A stretch of 64,000 nucleotides of DNA, from positions 12,377 to 76,376 of the forward strand of contig CAYQYU010000003.1 of NCBI GenBank assembly GCA_964421955.1, given 5' to 3'. Each line of letters opens with the position of its first letter. Position 1 is the stretch's first letter. Under the pieces are notes generated by a model that had not been told where the DNA came from, did no database searches, and saw nothing but the letters and a program-made list of their open reading frames with translations. Below are positions 58,534 through 64,000 of this stretch, in pieces. This DNA comes from an uncultured archaeon. Its GTDB lineage: Archaea > Nanohalarchaeota > Nanosalinia > Nanosalinales > Nanosalinaceae. Made by a program: the position numbers and the translations under genes.

Positions 58534-59274
58534 ATGGTAGCTGGGATAGAGCCACTGCTGACAGCGATGTACAGCTTCTACAATACACTTTTCCAGCCTT
58601 TACTCGCTATAGGGCCTTACGCATCACTCGGGTTCTTCTCCGCGGTACTTGCAGGGCTTTTCTCGGTCATTTACTGGTATTTACTTGATATAGAGCGGGC
58701 AGACGAGATCAAGGAAAAGTTGAGCGATCGACAGGAGAAGATGAAGGAGGCCCGCAGCAATGGTAAAAGCGACAAGGCGTCTGAGCATATGCAGAAGACG
58801 ATGGAGCTCAACCAGCGCCTGATGAAGCTGAACATCAAGCCTATGATCGCAACGATGGTCTTCGTGGCACTTATATTCCCGTGGCTCGGCACAACTTTCT
58901 CGCCCGCGGTCGAACTCACAGAGACCTCAGAGAACACTTTCCAGGGCAACCTGAGCTACGCTGGACAGACAGTTCCGCTGTCTGTGGACAACTCGACCCA
59001 GCCCGCGACGGTAAGCGTGAATGGAGAAGATTCCCATGAAGGAGACACTTTAAACGCTCTAGGAATTGAGTGGGAGATAAAGCGGTTTGGGCAGAAAAAA
59101 GGCGGATTTCTCTCTTCGGGCGGCGATGGGGCTATTCTCAAGCTCAGCGCCAAGTTCGTCGATTTGCCTTTCTCGATACCTCTTGCAGGAAGCGCGCTCA
59201 ACTGGCTTGGCTTCTACATAATTATCGCGATGCCGTTGACCTACCTGTTCCGGAAGATACTGGGTGTCGCATAA
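58534..59274 (+). CDS. DUF106/EMC3/TMCO1 (Oxa1 superfamily) membrane insertase
   Basis: TM-coiled coil-KPM-TM layout, W..FY near the C-terminus; usual position after secY. Confidence 0.88.
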   Translation: MVAGIEPLLTAMYSFYNTLFQPLLAIGPYASLGFFSAVLAGLFSVIYWYLLDIERADEIKEKLSDRQEKMKEARSNGKSDKASEHMQKTMELNQRLMKLNIKPMIATMVFVALIFPWLGTTFSPAVELTETSENTFQGNLSYAGQTVPLSVDNSTQPATVSVNGEDSHEGDTLNALGIEWEIKRFGQKKGGFLSSGGDGAILKLSAKFVDLPFSIPLAGSALNWLGFYIIIAMPLTYLFRKILGVA

Positions 59275-59307
59275 ACCCTCTTGAAGCTTCGTGCCGAACC
59301 CGGGAAC

Positions 59308-60261
59308 ATGCAGTGGTACACGATTGAAGAGTCCGAAGCCTCTGGGGAGTACGGTACAAGACCCGAGAACCGTTCTGTCGAGGAGCTGCTGGAGCAGGGA
59401 ATCTTCATCGTCGACAAACCCTTTGGCCCAACCAGCAACCAGGTGTCTGGATGGATTAAGGAGGAGCTAGGGCTCAGAAAGACAGGCCATTTTGGCACGC
59501 TGGACCCAAACGCCACGGGAGTCCTACCAATCGGTATCAATAAAGGCACAAGGATCCAGGAAGCGCTTTCAGAGGCCAGGAAAGAGTACGTCTTTGAGGC
59601 CAAGCTTGAAGATGAACGGAAGGAGCGGGAAGTGCGTGAGAAACTGCAGGAGTTCCAGGGTATCAACAGCCAGGTTCCTCCGGAGAAAAGTGCTGTCAAG
59701 AGAGAAGAGAGGGAACGAGAGGTCTACGAGATAGAACTGCTCGAAGTCTCGGGAAAGAAAATTCTAGGTCGCGTAAAATGCGAGTCAGGATTCTATGTCC
59801 GCGTCCTCGTGGAGCAGCTCGGCGACCGGCTTGAGACAGAAGCAGAGATGTCGGAGCTACGTAGAACCATGCAGGGCGACATTACAGAAAGTGGGACCTC
59901 GACACTCCAGGATATCGTCGACGCGTACCACTTCTACAGGGAGAGTGGAGAAGAAGACGGGATCAGGAAAGTGCTGATGCCTATCGAACATGCGGTCTCA
60001 CACCTGTCGAAAATTGTGATAAAGGATTCCGCGGTTAACGCGGTCGCAAACGGCTCAAATCTCGGAGTTTCAGGCATATCAAAGCTGCAGGACTTCGAAG
60101 AGGAGGATCGAGTCGCGATAATGACGCTCAAGGGCGAGCTTGTGGCACTTGCAAGGTCCGAGATGAGTTCCGAGGAAATCTACGATGGAGAAGGTACCGC
60201 GGCCGATCTGGAATCAGTTCATATGGATCCCGAAAAATACCCGAAAAGATGGAAGCAATAA
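59308..60261 (+). CDS. cbf5: RNA-guided pseudouridine synthase Cbf5
   Basis: DKPFGPTS, GH.GTLDP.ATG, PP..SAVKR, ELRR, PUA domain, YPKRW. Confidence 0.95.
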   Translation: MQWYTIEESEASGEYGTRPENRSVEELLEQGIFIVDKPFGPTSNQVSGWIKEELGLRKTGHFGTLDPNATGVLPIGINKGTRIQEALSEARKEYVFEAKLEDERKEREVREKLQEFQGINSQVPPEKSAVKREEREREVYEIELLEVSGKKILGRVKCESGFYVRVLVEQLGDRLETEAEMSELRRTMQGDITESGTSTLQDIVDAYHFYRESGEEDGIRKVLMPIEHAVSHLSKIVIKDSAVNAVANGSNLGVSGISKLQDFEEEDRVAIMTLKGELVALARSEMSSEEIYDGEGTAADLESVHMDPEKYPKRWKQ

Positions 60262-60287
60262 TGAGTATTGGGGTCGAAACATAAATC

Positions 60288-60791
60288 ATGAAGCTTATCT
60301 TGCCTAACGAAAACCCGGACCTTGACGGTGTGGCCTCGGCATATGCTTATTCGGAATTTCTCAAAAAGAAAGATGAACGAGCAGTGGGAGCAGTATTCGG
60401 AAGTATAGACGAGAAGACAGAAGAATTGCTCGAAGAGCTCGATGAAGACATCTCTGATGCGTCCTACTATATCTACTCTGCGAGCGAGATCATTCTCGTG
60501 AGCGCCAGCAGCTCGGAAAATATGGCGAGACGCATAGATCTCGAAAAAGTAACCGAGGTCATCGACCATGAGCAGCTACGCACAGACGACTTTCCCAACG
60601 CGGATCTGGATATAGAGGAAGATGTAGGAACTGCCGCAGCAATCATAGCCCAGAAGTTCCGGGACGATGAGATTGAGATAAGCCCAGAATCGGCCGCTTT
60701 GCTCCATGCAGCCATAGAGTCCGCGACAGAAGATGTCGAGATAACCGAGAAAGATCAGGAAATCGCGGAGTGGCTGGAAGAACAGGGATAG
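60288..60791 (+). CDS. Truncated, degenerate DHH (PpaC N-domain-like) protein
   Basis: NPDLDGVASAYAY, VIDHE, VGTAAAI; no DHHA2 domain. Confidence 0.7.
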   Translation: MKLILPNENPDLDGVASAYAYSEFLKKKDERAVGAVFGSIDEKTEELLEELDEDISDASYYIYSASEIILVSASSSENMARRIDLEKVTEVIDHEQLRTDDFPNADLDIEEDVGTAAAIIAQKFRDDEIEISPESAALLHAAIESATEDVEITEKDQEIAEWLEEQG

Positions 60792-60868
60792 ATCTCAAAC
60801 ACTTCTACAGCCGCACTACGGGAACAGCTTATAAGACTCTTAGCAAAGATTTTCTGCATAAACACAGT

Positions 60869-61027
60869 GCCGGGGTGACAGAGTCTGGCCGAATGTGCCA
60901 GCCTGGAAAACACCTCTTACCCTCCTTCAGCAGGCTTAGAGGTTCAAGAAGCGAACAGATGTGAGCTTCGTACCAGTCAGCTGGTGGCCCATACCGGGCC
61001 TCCTGGGTTCAAATCCCAGCCCCGGCG
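60869..61027 (+). tRNA. tRNA-Ser(GGA) with a 70-nt intron at 37/38 (60909-60978)
   Basis: GCCGGGG/CCCCGGC acceptor stem, CCAGC/GCTGG anticodon stem, long variable arm, TTCAAAT loop, CTGG/CCAG BHB helix. Confidence 0.92.
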
Positions 61028-61045
61028 CTTTCAGCTCCTCTTCGG

Positions 61046-61176
61046 GATTTGAACTGGTTCAAATCGACGAAAATCGAAGATTTTTCTGGAGGTACAGAAA
61101 CTGCTTTCACAGTTTCGAACCCGACCCCGGCGAACTTTACTAAAGTTCGAGCAAATAGACGGTTGCACCGCAACCG
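61046..61176. repeat. Cluster of five short palindromic hairpins after tRNA-Ser
   Basis: GATTTGAAC/GTTCAAATC, GAAAATC/GATTTTTC, GAAACTG/CAGTTTC, CGAACTTTA/TAAAGTTCG, CGGTTGC/GCAACCG. Confidence 0.7.
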
Positions 61177-61250
61177 ACTGCAACTACCGGCGAAGTTCCT
61201 ACTGGCAAACTTTCCTGAATAATTTTTAACACGTCTCTCCAAGTCTCCTT

Positions 61251-61664
61251 ATGGCGACTGCCCGAGAGCTTATGGATGAGCCTGATTTCATCGATGCGGA
61301 TGCTCCCGTGGAAGAAGTGAAGAAGGAGTTTGAAGGCACCGAAGACACGCTCATAGTGAAGAAAGATGGTAAATTCGCCGGGGAAATCCACGAGAATTCG
61401 CTTCTAAAGCTTCTTATACCGGAGAACCGGCTGGATGAGGAGCGCGTGATCGGCATCCTTGGCCTGTCGTTTGACAGCAGCTATGTTGCAGAGACAGCGG
61501 AAGACCTGATGAATCGGCATGAAATGACAGTTGATCCTGATGAGGAAACAGACGAGATTGCATTCATAATGGACCGGGAAAACGTCAGGGCAATCCCTGT
61601 CGAAGAAAACGGTGAAATAATAGGTGTTATCCACGAGAACCGGTTAATGGAGGAGATAGAGTAG
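61251..61664 (+). CDS. CBS-domain pair protein
   Basis: ARELM...TAEDLM, IPVEENGEIIGVI. Confidence 0.9.
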   Translation: MATARELMDEPDFIDADAPVEEVKKEFEGTEDTLIVKKDGKFAGEIHENSLLKLLIPENRLDEERVIGILGLSFDSSYVAETAEDLMNRHEMTVDPDEETDEIAFIMDRENVRAIPVEENGEIIGVIHENRLMEEIE

Positions 61665-61667
61665 GAT

Positions 61668-62834
61668 ATGGCAGGTATAAGTGCTTCTCTCCTTCTTGAC
61701 CTCGGACTTCTCCTTATGGCTTCCTTTCTTGTCGGGGAGCTTTTTGAAAGACTCGGGCTGGAGTCGATAATCGGGTACATAGTAACCGGTCTCTTGCTGG
61801 GTCCTTCGGTTCTCAACCTGGTACAGCCCGAGACAGTTGTAGGTTTCGGCACGATAGGAGCCACTCTGATACTTTTCCAGGCTGGTCTGCGCGAGGAGAA
61901 TGTGGTGGAAATCTTCCGGCACGAGGAGGGACTTGATCTGGGTCTGGGAGTACTCGTAGGTTCATTCATCTTTATCCTCGCCGCTCTCTTCTTCTTTGGA
62001 GATCGCTTCCTCCCGTACGCAGGTATCCGGGAGTTCGTCTTCATCGCCCTGGCATACGCGGTAGTCGATATTGGAGTCCCCTCAAAGGTGATGTTGAACC
62101 GGGGCATGCTGGAGGAGGAGGTGGGTACATACACCATCAAGTCCTCGGTAATCAACGTTACCGCGGGCCTCGGAGTGCTTACCGTACTCGTACTGATGAC
62201 CTCGACAACTGTCCAGAGTCTCGCGGTGAAAATAGGCGGTATAGCAGGATTCACACTGCTATTCTTCCTGCTCCACGAGTTCGTCCATAAACTGGATAAC
62301 TACGTTATACTGTTTGAAGAGGTAGAGTCCGAGTTCGCCATCACGATCGCCATGCTCCTGTTCCTGGCGTACGCCACAGAGATCATAGGTCTCTCCAGCG
62401 TCCTCGGTGCATTTTTCGCCGGAGTCATAATATCAAGATCCGCCTTCTCCGACTCAAGAGCCTTCCAGGAAAAGATAATGGCAATTGGCGAAGGGTTCTT
62501 CATACCAATTTTCTTCGCCTGGTTCGGCCTCGGACTCCAGATTTTCGGTCCAACCGGCATGCTTGCGAACATAGAGGCCGCCACATTCCTATTCCTGCTT
62601 TCAACGGTCTCAAAGTTCGGAATCGGCTACGTCATCTCAAGGTCCCACGGCTTCAATCCCTCAACTGTTGCATCATCCCTTCTGAGCCTTGACATCGAGA
62701 CCCTGGTCATCCTGCTGATCGGTATTGACCTGGGAATACTCACGGAAGAAATACTCCAGATATTCGCTCCCTCCGTTCTATTCACCACGACCACGATAGT
62801 GGTGCTATATGCTCTGATAGACCGGATGAGATGA
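61668..62834 (+). CDS. Cation:proton antiporter (CPA2 family)
   Basis: IIGYIVTGLLLGP, GLSSVLGAFFAG, FFIPIFF..FG. Confidence 0.92.
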   Translation: MAGISASLLLDLGLLLMASFLVGELFERLGLESIIGYIVTGLLLGPSVLNLVQPETVVGFGTIGATLILFQAGLREENVVEIFRHEEGLDLGLGVLVGSFIFILAALFFFGDRFLPYAGIREFVFIALAYAVVDIGVPSKVMLNRGMLEEEVGTYTIKSSVINVTAGLGVLTVLVLMTSTTVQSLAVKIGGIAGFTLLFFLLHEFVHKLDNYVILFEEVESEFAITIAMLLFLAYATEIIGLSSVLGAFFAGVIISRSAFSDSRAFQEKIMAIGEGFFIPIFFAWFGLGLQIFGPTGMLANIEAATFLFLLSTVSKFGIGYVISRSHGFNPSTVASSLLSLDIETLVILLIGIDLGILTEEILQIFAPSVLFTTTTIVVLYALIDRMR

Positions 62835-62971
62835 TGTACTAAAAAGCTTTCTTCCCCAGCACTATTCCAGAGAACAGATAAGCCCCCTGGGGGTACAGCC
62901 ATCTCAGAAATGAGAAGGCTTACCAGAAAATCCTGTGACAGGATTTTCAAGATACCCGCAGGGATACAAAG

Positions 62972-63106
62972 AGCCCCCTGGGGTAGAGGTCAATCCTACC
63001 AGCTTCTGGACACCGGCTTCCGCAAGGATGTCGGTTCGAGAAGTGAGCTAATACGAACTTCGACGGGAAATGGCTGGTGACACAGGTTCGAATCCTGTGG
63101 GGGCTA
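62972..63106 (+). tRNA. tRNA-Gln(CTG) with a 62-nt intron at 37/38 (63010-63071)
   Basis: AGCCCCC/GGGGGCT with A1-U72, CCAGC/GCTGG, GGTTCGAATCC, TTCT/GGAA BHB helix. Confidence 0.93.
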
Positions 63107-63184
63107 TGCACGTGTCGTGCTGGCTGAGTGTTCAGTAGATTTTCACAATATTGATAAAACTTCGGGTTGCTTAGTTAGAATACC

Positions 63185-63379
63185 ATGAAATGCCAGGTAT
63201 GCGGCAGGACCGAGGAAGAACTTGAGGAAGAGTTCGGTATAGAGTCGCCTATATCGGAGCGCCAGGGAATCGACAAATGTGAGAAGTGTCACCGTGAATA
63301 CCAGAGAGAAACCAGCGGTGAAAAGACTGACCAGGAAGAAATGGAGTCGAAGAACTGGAAAGACGCTATTACGGCCTGA
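63185..63379 (+). CDS. Small zinc-finger protein
   Basis: CQVCG ... CEKC. Confidence 0.7.
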   Translation: MKCQVCGRTEEELEEEFGIESPISERQGIDKCEKCHREYQRETSGEKTDQEEMESKNWKDAITA

Positions 63380-63412
63380 ATAATTTATCCCCAAAGTTCT
63401 AATCGAGGACAT

Positions 63413-63814
63413 ATGCCCACGATAGCTGCGAATCTCGTGACCAGGAATGGAACTATCCTTATGCTCTACCGTTCTGACAAGAACTACTGGGAACTACCTG
63501 CCGGAAAAATCGAGAAGGGAGAGAACGCCAGGGAAGCGGCAAAGAGAGAGGCCAGGGAGGAAATAGGTGTAGAAGTCAAGATCATAGAAGAATGGCAACC
63601 TTTCCAGATAAGCTTTGATCACGAAGGACGAAATTTTTCCACTAGAGGATTTATGTCAGAGATCGCTGAAGGCAAACCCGAAATACAGGAGAAGCAGTTC
63701 TCAAAACTGGACTGGTTCGGAACCTCTGAAATCGAAGAACTCGATCTCGCACCCAATCTTGAGATGATTGAAGAAGAGCTGAAACAACTCCTGAAACAAG
63801 AAACGGTTTCTTAA
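63413..63814 (+). CDS. NUDIX hydrolase
   Basis: PAGKIEKGENAREAAKREAREEIG Nudix box. Confidence 0.93.
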   Translation: MPTIAANLVTRNGTILMLYRSDKNYWELPAGKIEKGENAREAAKREAREEIGVEVKIIEEWQPFQISFDHEGRNFSTRGFMSEIAEGKPEIQEKQFSKLDWFGTSEIEELDLAPNLEMIEEELKQLLKQETVS

Positions 63815-63857
63815 GCTTTCAGAAGATTAAACTCGTTAGACACAGGAGGAAACAGAA

Positions 63858-63999
63858 AGCCCCCTGGTCTAGTGGTCAATGATAGCGGCCTTTGGAACCT
63901 CACGTTCTCGAATTTTTGGTGAGAGAACAGGGACCGAGAAGAGCTCCGCTCTTCGATCGAAGATAGCCGCTGACCGAGGTTCGAATCCTCGGGGGGCTA
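63858..63999 (+). tRNA. tRNA-Gln(TTG) with a 69-nt intron at 37/38 (63896-63964)
   Basis: AGCCCCC/GGGGGCT, GCGGC/GCCGC, GGTTCGAATCC, CTTT/GAAG BHB helix. Confidence 0.93.
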
Positions 64000-64000
64000 A

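Noticed and set aside
59281-60261. BHB intron in cbf5, as in some Crenarchaeota
   Set aside because: The reading frame is continuous through the catalytic GTLDP motif.
61046-61215. CRISPR array
   Set aside because: Palindromes differ in sequence, spacing is irregular and no cas genes are present.
60770-61242. Short ORFs over tRNA-Ser and its trailer
   Set aside because: They overlap the tRNA and hairpin array and lack coding-like composition.
1-64000. Many antisense S/F/L-rich ORFs in the track; also searched for transposases, integrases and rRNA operons
   Set aside because: The ORFs are shadows of acidic GAR/GAY-rich genes; no mobile-element enzyme or rRNA gene was recognisable.

Overview
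64-kb archaeal chromosome segment, most likely from a nanohaloarchaeon (DPANN). The taxonomic call is inferred from the strongly acidic proteome, compact gene packing, GAGGTGA-type SD sites, archaeal information-processing genes and tRNAs with BHB-type introns. Contents in order: gatE and thermosome; a type IV pilus locus (7 pilin-like genes, ATPase, 2 TadC-like proteins); RFC; Lhr and a MoxR/vWA/BatA/DUF58 cluster; a histone-fold coiled-coil protein; a CheD-like gene with no other chemotaxis genes in the window; trkAH; the S6e-aIF2g-PIN-rpoE-spt4-S24e operon joined to the L29-secY ribosomal operon; cbf5; and three intron-containing tRNAs. Most notable: (1) a family of covarying RNA hairpin elements that form 16-34 codon translationally coupled mini-ORFs between operon genes, with the downstream SD inside the last hairpin; related hairpins occur in all three tRNA introns and in intergenic clusters; (2) an inserted four-gene operon encoding an MscS-C39 peptidase fusion, two RimK-like ATP-grasp ligases and a GCS2 ligase; (3) one homologous extra C-terminal domain on both eS24 and uL24; (4) a candidate ~114-nt ncRNA before rps17. 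All calls were made by eye from motifs; no database searches were run.
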